A DNA stretch of 64,000 nt from Octopus sinensis (GCF_006345805.1 NC_043002.1:6572001-6636000), one strand, 5' to 3'; numbered from the stretch's first letter, positions 12,062 to 26,807 are shown. The notes: generated by a model not told the origin, from the letters alone. Translations and numbers: made by a program.

Positions 12062-12648
12062 TATATATATAATTAGTTCTATATAGATTATTTCTATGTA
12101 TCAAAGATGTTTAAATAAATAATGTTTGCTACAAAAACAAATAAAGGCAGCTAGAGGAAAAAGCCAGCGAAATGTCGAAAGAAAAGTAAGAGTAGAAAGT
12201 GAAGTTTTACAGTTCACTACTCACTTTATTCAAGTATTTAGAATCTGTTTATGTACTTTCTCTTAAATGCCATAAAAATATCACGGTGTGTCAGGAGTTC
12301 TGGCCTCATACCACTTTCTTATATTTGATTTAGAAGGTAAGACCTTTGAAAAAAAAACATATTGGTTTAGATATCTTGCCGAAAGCGAGACCGTATTATA
12401 ATACTGTATCATAACAGTAAAAATCAGCATCTCTTCTTCTCTTCCTTACCTGAAGCATCGAACAAAAATTGAACTTCACTTTCCTTCTTCCTTCCTTCCT
12501 TCCTTCCTACCTACCTACCTACCTACCTACCTACGCACTTACATACATACATACGTACGTACATACATACATACACGCATGCATACATGACTTCATAAAT
12601 ACTGTCATAGGTACATAAATGCATACATACATTCATACACACACACGC

Positions 12649-12681
<33 letters not shown>

Positions 12682-13247
12682 AGTATAGAAGCATGTGTGT
12701 GTGTGTGTGTGCTTTTTTATGGCAATAGTTTCTGTTGTGAGCAACGCTTTTCCTCGTAAAATCGACCAGTCTAAGTATATATTTCTTTTTTTTTTACCGT
12801 TCTTTTACAGTTGTGCAACCCTTGAATTAAGTATTTACAGAAAATATTACAAAAACGATACGAAACAGTCATAGCATTTAATGCTTGACTACGCCTATTA
12901 TAACTACTGACAAATTTCTCGTCGTTTATACACATTTCAACGATATACTTGACCAACTTCAACAATCGAAATATTAAAGCAAAACGCTAAGTAAGAATAT
13001 GATGATCAAACTAAAACATACTATAAACATATGGCTTACATAGTGAGGGATTGGAAAATTATTTCCAGGTAATTTCCTAGTTTAAATGTTTGGCTCAATA
13101 ATCTAAATGACATAAGACTTTCCAGTGTTCTGCTGATCGAAGGCGTTATTCGTAGGCGAGGAGAAACAGTAATAGTTAATGCTTTGAGTATCAAAAAAAA
13201 TATATATATATAATAATAATAATTTTCGTAATTTTTTCAGACATTAG

Positions 13248-13505
13248 ACTTTTTTGTAAGCCTAGTACTTATTCTATCGGTCTCTTTTACAAAACCGCTA
13301 GGTTACGGGAACGTGGGGGGAGACAAACACAAAGTCACACACACACACACATATACGACGGGGATTCTTCTATTTTCCGTCTGCCACATCCACTCACAAG
13401 GCTTTGGTCGGCCCGAAACTATAGTAGAAGACACTTGGCCAAGGTGACATGCAGTGGGACTGAACCCAGGACCATGGGGTTGGGAAACAAGCTTTTTACT
13501 GCTCA
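13248..13505 (-). mobile_element. Group B SINE
   Basis: Reverse-complement match to the 56264 copy (ATCCACTCACAAGGCTTTGGTCGGCCCG...GTGGGACTGAACCC). Confidence 0.8.
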
Positions 13506-14126
13506 GCTAAACCTATTTATAAATATTTGTAAAAAATTAAAAAGGGCGTTTAAATCTTCTAAGTGAAATTGTTAAACATAGCTCAACACAAGAGGCAAGG
13601 GGCTGAAAACGACTTCAAAAGAAAAATAATAATAATCATATATTAACGGCAGTAGTAATAATAAAATAATTCTGTGGCCCTTAATCTGTGACCCTGACTA
13701 GATTTTGATTTTTCTTGGAGCTATTATTTCAGTTAATTTACACTACGTGTACGTCAGTTCATCAGATTTTTCGATAGTCGTATGCAAAAACGCGTGACTA
13801 GAAGTCCAGTTCGCATTCACGTGTTTCCAGGTTCGTATGGTTTGGAGCACAATCTAAATTATGCATTTCTTTAATGTCTACCATTTCACTTAAAATCTCA
13901 GGCCAGGTCGTTGATTTCTACTAACCAATTTTGGACTGAATTTCCAAACTATTTAAAAAAAAAACATAGGATACCAACTAGACTCTTACCCCACGTTAAC
14001 AAATAATATATGTGTGGACATACACAAACACAGACACACACATATATATAGAATGGAATTGTGGACAATATTCTCCGACTAAATTTCTCGCTTAAAATAT
14101 GCGCACGCGGCACGTGTGTTTATTAA

Positions 14127-14306
14127 AAGCTTAAATCTTATAACCGATCACCGGGTAATGACTGAAGAAAATCTGATATTGGGGTATATAAGCTCGCTAA
14201 AGAAAAATGTGAGTTTTCCAAACGCGTAGGAAAACCCACCTTTTTTCTGTCGAGAACCCACCTTTCTTTAGTCGATACCCGGTGTTCGCTTATAAGCTTT
14301 AAACTT
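14127..14306. repeat. Imperfect inverted repeat, MITE-like (arms ~44 bp)
   Basis: AAGCTTAAATCTTATAACCGATCACCGGGTAATGACTGAAGAAA versus reverse complement of 14263-14306, AAGTTTAAAGCTTATAAGCGAACACCGGGTATCGACTAAAGAAA. Confidence 0.7.
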
Positions 14307-14405
14307 ATAAAATATGATTATTATTATTTACAGAATTGTAAGATTCGACACCACTTTTCTAAAAAAAAACAACAACTCGTAGAAAAAATGTCATATACAT
14401 ATGTA

Positions 14406-14755
14406 GGCGCAGCCGTAGCTGTGTGGTAAGAAGCTACTACTATAGCTTCGGTCGACCAAAGCCTTGTGAGTGGATTTGGTACACGGAAACTGAAAGAAGC
14501 CTGACGTTTATATATGTATATATTTGTGTGTATATGTTTGTGTGTCTGTGTTTGTCCCCAAACTTCGCTTGACAACCGATGATGGTGTGTTTACGTCCCC
14601 GTAACTTAACGGTTCAGCAAAAGAGAATGATAGAATAAGCACTTGGTTTAAAAAGAATGAGTTCAGGGTTGGATTTCTTCGACTAAAAGGCAATGCTCCA
14701 GCATGGCCACCGTCAAAATGACTGAAAGAAATCAAGGAATAAAAGAGTAGAAGAA
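14406..14755 (+). mobile_element. Group B SINE with internal deletion
   Basis: Head, GACCAAAGCCTTGTGAGTGGATTTGG and 3' half GTTTACGTCCCCGTAACTT...ATGACTGAAA. Confidence 0.8.
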
Positions 14756-14885
14756 TATATATATATATATCTATATATATATATATATACATAAATGAAA
14801 TTAAATATATAATATAAATATATATAATATAATATATATATAATATAATATAAATTATCCATACTAGGATAATTCATTCACCTTC

Positions 14886-14920
<35 letters not shown>

Positions 14921-14921
<1 letters not shown>

Positions 14922-15165
14922 CAAAGAAGGCACCCAAAAGTAACCGAAAAAGTTCTCTGTGGAGTAAGCCGTTGTAGTTCAGGGTTTTACTGCTAGAAGC
15001 CACTTGATGAAACCCTCAGGCATCAGAATGCCGACTGGCGTTGTCTGGCGAGGTTATACTGCTACGAAGTGCGTCTTTGTTTCGCAGTACCTCTCTCCTG
15101 TTCGTCGAATTTTGCGATGACTGAAAGGAAGGAACAACGTGCTTCAGTAAAATTCTGTTTTCTAT
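14921..15165 (+). mobile_element. Mariner 5' fragment
   Basis: ATG at 15117 gives MTERKEQRASVKFCFL, resembling the mariner N-terminal EQRxxIKFCF motif. Confidence 0.6.
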
Positions 15166-15231
15166 ATTTACAAGCACATTCATACACATATATCCGCGTT
15201 TGCAGCGAGGAACACGCGTAATGATATACCG

Positions 15232-15273
<42 letters not shown>

Positions 15274-15274
15274 G

Positions 15275-15347
<73 letters not shown>

Positions 15348-15646
15348 GATCTATCTATCTATCTATCTATCTCGACTTACTCATGTGTTCATTTTCGAAC
15401 TGTCTGAGGTGACCTTGGTCTTTTTTGTAGCTTTTTCTTTCCAGGGCTACACCTAAACTGTGAAGTTTATTTATATATATATATATATTATATTTTTATA
15501 CTCCACACAACCCACAGATCCCTATTGATCGAACCTTTCTTTTTCTTTGTATGTCCCACTCATCCCACCTCGAAAAGAAAAAAACTCTACATTGTATTTC
15601 GTCCATTTTTATTCTGTGTCTAGCCCTGTGTGGCCACAAAAAAAAG

Positions 15647-15728
<82 letters not shown>

Positions 15729-15730
15729 GC

Positions 15731-15769
<39 letters not shown>

Positions 15770-15833
15770 CCTATCCCTCCCATCTCTCAATATATACACA
15801 TATATATATATACACACATATACCAACAGATAT

Positions 15834-15928
<95 letters not shown>

Positions 15929-16401
15929 TATACACTCACACACACACACATGTATGGATGTATGTATTTACGTGCGCATGTATGTATATCAGCTTGAAAG
16001 AATCCTCTGTTTAAAAACGCCATCCAAGCGTAACTACATAAACCTCGTGGTTAAATTCTTACACTAATATATTTTGTATTACATTCTAAAACTGTAAATT
16101 ATTGTATTCTACCAGTCTAGGGAGTGTAAAAAGTGATATGATTTAAAGTATTCATAAGCAAATAAAACTCATCAATTATGTATTTGTTGCACAATTTTAT
16201 AATGTATGTTTAAGCGCAGGTATTATATATAAAAAAATATAAATTTGCCACGAAAAACAAATTAATGATTAAGGATCGAAGATAATAACTTTTACCGCAG
16301 ATTTTAACCATGCAGAAATATATTCATGCCTAGTAGAATACATATTTGTACATGTATGAATACATCACATTCACGTATATGTATATACATACATACATAC
16401 A

Positions 16402-16458
<57 letters not shown>

Positions 16459-16474
16459 GATATATATATATATA

Positions 16475-16869
16475 CTAGGAGTATCGCCCGGCGTTGCTCG
16501 GGTTTGTAAGGGAAATAACTATATAAGAATTTTTAGAGGTTATAGCCAAAAAATAGCAAAAAAATACATTAAAAATGGAAAAAAAATGATGGTAAATTTT
16601 TTTTAATCGTTGACTCATCGTAGACATTTTTAGAGAGTTACTTCCCTTATTTAATAGCGAAAAAATGCATTAAAATGGAAAAAGATGATGGTAATTTTTT
16701 TTTAAAATCGTAGACTCATCGTAGACGCGTGCTAATACCCAGAAGGGCTCGATATGAATCACGACTATAAGATACCCGGTTTTGGTTAAACTGCACCGCA
16801 AAATGTGAGAGTAGTTAGGAATCTAAATCGTAGGAGACAGACACACAACCTTACTTTTATATATAAAGA
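16475..16869 (-). mobile_element. Non-autonomous Helitron
   Basis: Minus strand A|TCTTTATATA start; 3' hairpin CCCGAGCAACGCCGGG followed by CTAG|T. Confidence 0.8.
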
Positions 16870-16870
16870 T

Positions 16871-16961
16871 ATACAAATATATACATATATACATACATGC
16901 ATACATACATGCATACATGCATACATACATGCATGCATACACACATACATACATACATACA

Positions 16962-16995
<34 letters not shown>

Positions 16996-17001
16996 CATAC
17001 A

Positions 17002-17035
<34 letters not shown>

Positions 17036-17081
17036 CATACATATATACATACATATATACATACATACATACATACACACA

Positions 17082-17115
<34 letters not shown>

Positions 17116-17322
17116 CATACATACATATATACATACATACATACATACACACATACATACATACATACATACATATATACATACATACATACATATATAC
17201 ATACATACATATATACATACATACATATATACATACATACATACATACACACATACATATATACATACATACATACATACATACACACATACATACATAT
17301 ATACATACATACATACATACAC

Positions 17323-17355
<33 letters not shown>

Positions 17356-17377
17356 CATACATACATACATACATACA

Positions 17378-17411
<34 letters not shown>

Positions 17412-17564
17412 CATACATACATACATACATACATACATACATACATACACACATACATACATACGTACATACATACATCTACATACATACATACATAATA
17501 CATACATACATACAACATACACATACATACATACATACATAAATACATACATACATACATACAC

Positions 17565-17597
<33 letters not shown>

Positions 17598-17637
17598 ACA
17601 TACATACATACATATATACATACATACATACATACAC

Positions 17638-17668
<31 letters not shown>

Positions 17669-17772
17669 CATACATACATACATACATACATACATACAAC
17701 ATACACACATACATACATACTACATACATATATACATACATACATACAACATACATACATACACATCATACA

Positions 17773-17806
<34 letters not shown>

Positions 17807-17919
17807 CATACATACATACATACATACATACATACATACATACATAACATACATACATACATATATACATCATACATACATACATACATACAACACATAC
17901 ATACATACATACATACATA

Positions 17920-17950
<31 letters not shown>

Positions 17951-18211
17951 CATACATACATACATACATACACAATACATACCTACATACATACATACAT
18001 ACATACATAAATACATACACACATACATACATACATACATACATACATACATACATACATACATACATACACACATACATACATGCATACATACATACAT
18101 ACATACATACATACATACATACATACACACATACATACATAAATACATACATATATACATACATACATACATACATACATACATGCATGCATACATACAT
18201 ACATACATACA

Positions 18212-18245
<34 letters not shown>

Positions 18246-18318
18246 CATACATACATACATAAATACATACATACATACATACATACATACATGCATACTT
18301 ACATACATACATACATAT
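16871..18318. repeat. ~1.45-kb degenerate (CATA)n microsatellite
   Basis: Continuous CATA/TACA/CACA variants; source of the HTYI/MYVC pseudo-ORFs. Confidence 0.95.
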
Positions 18319-18329
18319 CAGCTCATTAA

Positions 18330-18620
18330 GAATGAAGGGTGTGATTTTGAACTGAAAGTTTATTTTATTTTATCTCAACAAAAAGCAATGCGTTTAATCA
18401 AAGTATGTACATAAATTATCAACACAATTTTGCCATTTTATCCGTAGCTTATTTATGCCGGCAACGAAAAATTCTGGAGAGCAAGAAATGATGAAATCAC
18501 GAAAGGCTGTTTTTGCATCTACTTCAGATTTCAAGTATTTTCCTTGCAAAAAGTTGTTTAATAACTAGAAATTGTAATAGCCATTTGGTGTAAGGTCTGG
18601 TGAATATGATGGATGATAGA
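18330..18620 (-). mobile_element. Mariner transposase C-terminal relic
   Basis: Minus-strand translation HPSYSPDLTPNGYY...NNFLQG...AGINKLRIKWQNCVDNLCTYFD with stops and frameshifts. Confidence 0.8.
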
Positions 18621-19328
18621 CTACTTCCAAGTTCAGTTCCTGTAACTTCAGAAGTAGGGGAGTGAAATAATCATTACAGATATAGGGTGAAAGATAATTA
18701 ATTAAATAAAATCAACAAATTTCCCCTTGTAGTTTTTCGGTATGGAAAAGGACCATATTCGGTAATGATTAATTCACTCCCCTACGACAAAACTACGAAT
18801 CTTTTTTCGGCAGTACTATTTTGTGACACACATGGTAGAAAATTTGGAGGGAAATACGAATTCACTCGTCTATATAAATGTGGATATGCTGATTAGCTTT
18901 TATACGTTCTGATGACGCTTGGTTAGAAATATAAGGGGTAAGTTTTCCTAGCATTTCCAGATTTATTTATTTATCGGAATATTGTGTTGATGAAGGTAAT
19001 TAATCTTATGATTCTAATCCAGAAACACGTTCATAATTATTGGAAGACTGTTTGATTTCATTATTTTTCTTCTTTTTTTGCCATGTGTGAGTTACAAATA
19101 TTGTTGTCTGTGGAGACATATTTTTGTAGAAAAAGGAAATAGTAGTCTTTTGGCTGCTATTTCTAAAATTTTTGGTATGTGGTCAAGCAACTTGTTGCAA
19201 AGCCCTTATTGTTATAATTATATATATAAAAAAACTTTTTGTATAAGTTTTTATATGGTCCTTTTCCATAGCTAAAAACTACAAGGTGAAATTTGTTGAT
19301 TTTATTAAATTATTGATTATATATAATG

Positions 19329-19375
<47 letters not shown>

Positions 19376-20227
19376 GTATGTACATATCTGTATGTATATA
19401 TGCATATATTTATCTATTATTTATATTATTATATGATCGAACGCCACGCATGTAACTCTTCATCGCTGTAAAACAAACAATTGTCAGGATAAAATGTTAG
19501 AGTTAGCGACTGTCAACCTTGGTTCGTGAGAAAATCGGATATTCCGTTATCTTAATAATTCCGATGCGCACTCTACATCCTATCTCTATTCTATCTATCT
19601 CCCTCTCATGATTTTCTTTCCTGTTTTTCTCTCCCACCCTTTCCCTATTCTTCTCCTCTCCCCTTCACCGTTACCTCTCTTTCTCAATCTTCTTCCTTGA
19701 CTCTCTCGTTGCTCACACGTGACCAACGGCTATCTACGTTTCTTTCGTCCACTTCCTTCCTAAAAACAAGACGTGCTTTTGCGTGTCTCTTCTCAAAGCT
19801 CGTTTTTCTAGCGTTCACCACTTCACCTCGTCATGGCTTAACAGTCCTTACCGTTTGTTTTTACTATTTTGTTCTTACTGTCCCGTTTTTGTCACCACTT
19901 TAACCCTCCGCAAAAAATCCCAAATTTTATTTAATTTGCTTTGTGGGAAGGACTGTTTTAACGAAGTCACGTCTTGTCTCTATCTTCGAAAAGCGGAGTA
20001 GATAAAACTGGGAACAACTGACGAAGGGAATGTTCTTTATGTTGCTTGCCTCGTTTCTCCTTTTCTTTCTTTCGTTGTTTGTAAAAAAGTTCGTTTTCTA
20101 TGTTTTTGTTTTTATGTTCTCGTTTCTCATTTTGTTCACGATTTTTTGACGTCCTGTACCCATATATGCATGCGTATATACATACATACATACATACATA
20201 ACATACATACATACATACATACACACG

Positions 20228-20263
<36 letters not shown>

Positions 20264-20283
20264 ATATATATGTAGGTATGTAC

Positions 20284-20350
<67 letters not shown>

Positions 20351-20640
20351 ATATATTTATATATTATATATATATATTTGCATATATTTATATATTATAT
20401 ATATGATTAAATAGATACATACATAGACAGACAATAATACAGACGGACGCACAGACAGACAGATAAATAGACAGATAGATAGAGGAAGCGGATGATGATA
20501 GCTTCTACTCTTTGAACGGCTATTTCTACGGAATTGAAGTCCAGAACAACTGGCACAACTCCACAACGGCAGCAATAAATTCATTTTCAAGAATAGCTCA
20601 CGATGCCAAATCAGGATATATTAACATACATATATATAAT

Positions 20641-20677
<37 letters not shown>

Positions 20678-21152
20678 GTATAAATATATATACATACACA
20701 TACATACATACATATATATATATGAAAAAACAAGTCAAGATAGTAAATGCTAAAATAATTTTATAAAGAACATACATACATACATACACACACACTCTAC
20801 AGTTCTATTTCGGAATGGTCATATTTTTCTTCTTTTGGTATTGACCATCTCCGAAAAAAAAGATGATCATTCAGAAAGACAAGAATATCTGTTTCAACAC
20901 ATGGTTTCACATCAGGAATCTTGCAATACAAATGCATTAGCGTATACATATATGTATACGATAATGGAGGCACTCCTAAAAGGCCTTTCTTTTTATAGAA
21001 AATAAAAATAAAAATGAAAATAAATACCTCATGATAAAGAGGTAATACTCCTGGCCTTCTCCGGTCCTCCGACACTGGTGAGATAAATGTTGCTAATGTA
21101 TACCATAAAATATTGAAAGTGGGCGACTGCAGGAAGGGGGGAAACTTCAGAT

Positions 21153-21556
21153 GGCGAGCTGGCAGAATCGTTAGCACGCCGGGCGAAATGCCTAGCGATA
21201 TTTCATCTGCCGTTACGTTCTGAGTTCAAATTCCGCCGAGGTCGACTTTGCTTTTCATCCTTTCGAGGTCGATTAAATAAGTACCAGTTACGCACTGGAG
21301 TTGATATAATCGACTTAATCCGTTTGTCCCCTCTGTGTTTAGCCCCTTGTGGGTAGTAAAGAAATAGGTATTTCGTCTGCCGTTACGTTCTGAGTTCAAA
21401 TTCCGCCGAGGTCGACTTTGCCTTTCACCCTTTCGTGGTCGATAAATTAAGTACCAGTTGCGCACTGGGGTCGATATAATCGACTCAATCCGTTTGTCTA
21501 TCCTTGTTTGTCCTCTCTGTGTTTAGCCCCTTGTGGGTAGTAAAGAAATAGGTATT
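21153..21556 (+). mobile_element. Dimeric group A SINE (head plus two bodies)
   Basis: Junction AAAGAAATAG|GTATTTCGTCTGCC at 21367/21368; the element ends AAATAGGTATT, i.e. at the start of a third unit. Confidence 0.9.
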
Positions 21557-21807
21557 CTAGACTGTAAGATATAAGTTCTCCTATTCTATAACTTCAACCG
21601 CTTAGTACCGAGTATAGTGATTTCTGTAAAGCCTGGAGGGCTGGGCACAACATAGGTGATGAAAGTGAATGAAGAGTGTTTGAGTAGACTTTGCAAGAGA
21701 CAAACTAAACCCGAAGATCAAATACCACAATAGAATCGGTAGAACGCTTAGAGGGAGGAGATAGAACTATGTGGGCCTAAGCTTTGAGTGAATCTATGAG
21801 ACTTTAA

Positions 21808-22027
21808 CCCTTTAGTGTTTAAATTGGCCATATCTGGCCCAGATATTCTACATGTTTTACATTCAAACTGGCCATATTTAGCCTCTCACAACTAACCTAC
21901 ATTGATATTCTAAAAACAAACAATCACTTCATTGAAACCTCAAAGCTATAAGATAATGTATGATTAATTCAAAACAATTTGAGTGAAAAATTATTACATT
22001 TAACAGAGTAATCTGAACACTAAAGGG
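21808..22027. mobile_element. piggyBac-type MITE
   Basis: TTAA|CCCTTTAGTGTT ... AACACTAAAGGG|TTGA: 12-bp TIR with a TTAA-like target site. Confidence 0.8.
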
Positions 22028-22413
22028 TTGAAGCAATCAACCGATTAGTCGAGTGGCCTATTCTTACTATGCCACATGTAGGAACAGTCCTCCATTTAGG
22101 CATCATATGGATTGCCAAGGCTGGGATGCGTATGTTCTTAACTTTTCTGTAAGAATTGTTCTGGAATTAAACGAGAATAGAAAAAAAAAAAAAATGAGTG
22201 ACGAAGAAGGCAATGAATTTGAATTTTATCTCATCTCCAATATTCTGTAACCTTGTATGCTAGGAAAAAATATTAAATATATGTAACGATCGTATCTCTA
22301 TTCAATATATATAGATGTCTGTCGATTTCAGATGAACTGAACAGCCTGTTCATTGAATTGAACTGAACAACCTGTTCATTGAATTCCACGGACACGTGCA
22401 CCTTTAACGTAGT

Positions 22414-22722
22414 GGAGGCACATGGCCCAGTGATTAGAGCAGCGGATTCGCGGTCGAGGGATTGCGGGTTCGAATCTCAGATCGGGTGATGTATGTGTTT
22501 ATGAGCGAAACACCTAAGCTCCACGCGGCTCCGGCAGAAGGTAATGGCGAACTTCTGCTGACTCTTTCGCCACAACTTTCTCCCTCTCTTTCCTCCTGCA
22601 TCTTGCAGCTCACCTGCGACGGACCGGCGTCCCGTCTAGGTGGGGAACCTGTACACCAAGGAAACCGGGAAACTGGCCCTTATGAGCCAGGCGTCGCTCG
22701 AGAAGGAACAAACAAACAAAAT
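22414..22722 (+). mobile_element. Group C-headed SINE with a different 3' tail (tail type 2)
   Basis: Head and body like 11756; tail GGTGGGGAACC...GGAAACCGGGAAACTGGCCC...GAGAAGGAAC(AAAC)n; 13-bp TSD CCTTTAACGTAGT at 22401 and 22723. Confidence 0.85.
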
Positions 22723-23792
22723 CCTTTAACGTAGTTCTCAGGCGGAATTAGTGTGAAACGGTGAGCGATAAAAAAATCCTGCATCTTTGAGTTACATGTA
22801 CAACCAGCTAAGGGACGTCTTCACAGTCTCTGTTTGTGCCAAACTTCACTTGCAACACGTCGGTCAATCTGACACTTTAGTACAAAACACTTGCCTAATA
22901 TGTCACTCGGTAGGATCGAAACCAGGACCTCGTGACTGCTTAACTATTCTTAACCATTCAGACTTGTTGCACCGATTCAGTTGAATATAGAAATAACTCT
23001 TTGACGTTCTTCTATATTTTTATTGAATGGATGACGCAATGTAATGTTGCATTCTAGAAATATTCTACTTTCTGATCCAGTTTCGATTCCTTAGAATAAT
23101 ATTCTCATGTAATTTTATTCATACATTTGAATTAAAATGTCGATAGGAAAATCTATTTCTCGCTTTCCTTTCTATACATTTAAGATTTAATAGCTATTCA
23201 AGTAATCCATATTCAAAATTCTCATTAAGCATAATCAATTGCCTCGCATTTAATTATTGCAGGCGTTAATGAAAATACGGGATAATACAGATTTCTTTGA
23301 ACGAAACTCTACATCTCTTTGTACAAAACACTATATTTCAATATTTCTTCATTTTTCAATATATCCTTTCTGCAATTTTTCCGTTTTGAAAATCGCACGA
23401 ATTTTGCTTCGACATTAATATAAAATATATAATATATTCGTTCATCTATCTCCTCCAAAGCCATTAATTCCATCGTTTCTGTGTTGTACCATATTGACAG
23501 TTTTCTTTTGTACTCGAGAGATCTCAAAAAACTTCGCGTATAAAATTTGCTGAAACGATCACAGATTTGGTTATAAAATTTGCAACTTTCTCATTAACAA
23601 TTTGTAAAATTTCCCCTCTTCTCCATCTCTTGCGCGCGCACACACAGAGACACACGCACACATACGCACACACACATGTACGTATATGTATATACATAGT
23701 CACAAACGTGTGTGTGTGTATATATCTATATATCTATCTATCTATCTATCTATATATATATATATATATATATATATCTTTATACATATACA

Positions 23793-23827
<35 letters not shown>

Positions 23828-24611
23828 GCACAAACACATACATGTACGTATGTATTCTGAATGTATTTTGTGCCTCTCGTTTGTAAATATTGTAATTTTT
23901 CGTTTATTTGATATAGTTTTTAGTTCAGAGAAAGAATAAGCGAAAAACAGTTGATTTTTTTTCTTAAAAGAAAATAAATACTATACAAAAAAAAAAAAGA
24001 AAATTACCATAAAGGCATTTTGAAATAAAAGGCTTGTTGGAATAAAAACAATTTTGCTATAAAAAGTAATTTCATTATCAGCGCTAGAAACGAAATGATC
24101 AACTCTAGGAGACGAATCAATATTTTGCAATAATTTACAATTATCCGATAACTTTTTTTTTATCTTCTATGATTCCAAGTACGTTAGAAAGCATATATAA
24201 TTTTAGTGTTTTAATATTGATAATGTATGAAACATTGATTGATGTTGACTGTGCTGAGGGCATTAAATTTATAGGGGACAGAATATAGAATACTATGACG
24301 TACAGAATTATCATAGGTATATAAATTGCCAAAGCCGATCGAAATTAGCCTTAAGTTTATCATGACTCTACTCACGAGCTCACGCTAATATTGAATATGG
24401 TTTGTCTTCATTTGACGGCATGAAGCAAATTTCAAAAAAAGCAAGAATCAGAGTACCGTTGGAACTTTTCTAAAGAACATCGATTATGTTTAATAAGTGA
24501 ATTAGCAACAACCGAAAGTAGAAATAGGACTCAGTTGATAAATTATTTAAAAACTTGTCTTTTGTTCTACGGCTCGAGTAATTTTTTAAAAATATGTATC
24601 CATTTTCTTTT

Positions 24612-24990
24612 ATCTGTTCCAGTCATTACACTGCGGCCATGCTGGGGCAACGCCTTGAAGAAAAAAAAATTGTCGAACGAATCGACCCCAGTACTTCACT
24701 TTTCTGAGCCTGATACTTATTCTATCGATGTCTTTCGCCGAACTGCTAAGTTACGAGGGAGTAAACAAACCAACAAAGGTTGTCAAGCGGTGGTGGGGTC
24801 AAACACAGACACAAAGATATATACGTGCTCGCACACGCACACACACACACATATATATTTAAGATAGGCTTTTTTCAGTTCCCATCTGCCAAATACACTC
24901 ACAAGGCTTTGGTCGGCATGAGGCTATAGTAGAAGACACTTGCCTAAGGTACCACGCAGTAGATCTGACCCCGGAACCATGTGATTCGGA
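24612..24990 (-). mobile_element. Group B SINE
   Basis: Reverse-complement match including CACTCACAAGGCTTTGGTCGGC and the 3' half. Confidence 0.8.
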
Positions 24991-25812
24991 AGCCTATTAT
25001 TATATATTTATTTTTATAGGAAAAGGCTGTGGGTTAGCAGAATCGTTAGAAAGTCGATATTTATTCAGGTTGTTCACGTATTGAGTTTAAACCGCATAAT
25101 GCTCGACTTTGATATAAGTTATATGATGTATAAAAAAATGTAATATACAAATAAATATCTGTAAATATAAAACCATCCGAATTTCTGAGTACCTCATTTC
25201 TTCTAATATAAAATACCTGTACATCATCTCCAAACCTTCTAATATATATATATATATATATACAAGCAAAATAGCTAGTTGCAAAATCTCAAAAAGAGAT
25301 AAGAGAAGTAACTGTACTAACAAGTAAAGTTAACCGCCACATCAATGTGGCTGTTCCGTGTTACCACCAGTATAATCCGCTGGTGATTTGGGACATCACT
25401 TTGAAAGTACCAGTCAATCATATTAATGATAAAAGTTCTTAAATGAATCTCTTACTGATTTGGTAATCTCTATGTTTTTCAACTATTACTTTATGGCAAC
25501 AAAATGTTGCACATTGAAACGCTACACCTGTTGTTAAATCCGGTAAGGCCATAAATACAAACATATTTATAAAAGACAGATTACCGCATAGGTTTTATCT
25601 ACCAAATTCCACGCAAAAAAGTATTCGTTACATTAAGCCTACAGTACAAGACACTTTCTCGTGACGTCCTGTACCAGAACATTCGAATCAGGAACGGCTC
25701 GTTGCAAAACGAAATTAATAACGACACGTCTATGACTGTGCCGATACACAACACACGCACACACACAAACACACACATATATATAACCAACATGCATACA
25801 GATATATATATG

Positions 25813-25881
<69 letters not shown>

Positions 25882-26119
25882 TATTAAATTGTTCTAAAAA
25901 AAACGTTATACACACGTTTCTAAAATAACATATCATTGGAAAATTTTCAAGAAAACTTTGAAGAATGTTGGTAATTTTATTCCGTGATTTTATCAGACTG
26001 ATATTTAATATCCTGGAACCGGAGAGCAATACAAAATATGAATATTTCTATCAAGCATTTCGATTGTATCACTTATTAAATGTATGCATGTATACATCTT
26101 TTATGTTTTGTATTTTATT

Positions 26120-26400
26120 TGTTTCAGCTATTTGACTACGGACATGCCGGGGTACTGCCTTGAACAAATCGCAAACAATGCAAGTAGTTAGTGCCTATTT
26201 TCTGTTTATTTTGCCAAAGAGCTAAATTACGGGAACGTAAACAAACCAACAGTGGTTGTCGTTGCGGTGGGAGCGACAAACACAAGCTCAAAGACGCACA
26301 GACGCACCACACACGCATTTGTCAGTTCAGGGCTGTAGTAGAAGACACTCGCCAAGGTTCCACGCAGTGGGATTGACCTCGAAACCCCGTGGTTGCAAAG
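26120..26400 (-). mobile_element. Diverged group B SINE
   Basis: CTAAATTACGGGAACGTAAAC and GTAGAAGACACTCGCCAAGGTTCCACGCAGTGGG motifs. Confidence 0.7.
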
Positions 26401-26807
26401 TGAGATCTTCATTTAACCTAAACCTGTATATCCCCAAAAACGTATGAAATAAACTAATTGAGAATTCCTAGCAATTTCAGAATCAAATGCTTTGCTTAAG
26501 AAACTGTAATACACTGAAAGAAGTCGATAGATAACCAGCAGCAACAAGTATCAGAATCCAGCATCAAAGTATATAAAGGTAGAAACAGGCATATGTATGA
26601 ATAATCAATCAGATAGCCTTAGAAACATAATCGATCAGATAGACTTAGAAACATAGCCAACATAAAGATTGAACATAACAAACTGCGGTTCCTTCTTTAG
26701 GTGCCTAACGGATATCAATATGATTTCAAATTCTGTAAGCAGGCTCATTACATCCGTCGGTGTTTATCAGTCATAGAAATATATGCTCTATTGTTACCTG
26801 GGAATAT

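Noticed and set aside
18905-18935. CTGATGA...GAAA motif
   Set aside because: No stems II, III or I and no NUH triplet in register; the same applies to hits at about 13760, 28358 and 31363 on the minus strand.
19830-20030. 10-bp inverted repeat AACAGTCCTT/AAGGACTGTT and a nearby CTGACGA
   Set aside because: No consistent hammerhead topology could be built; probably part of an unclassified interspersed repeat.
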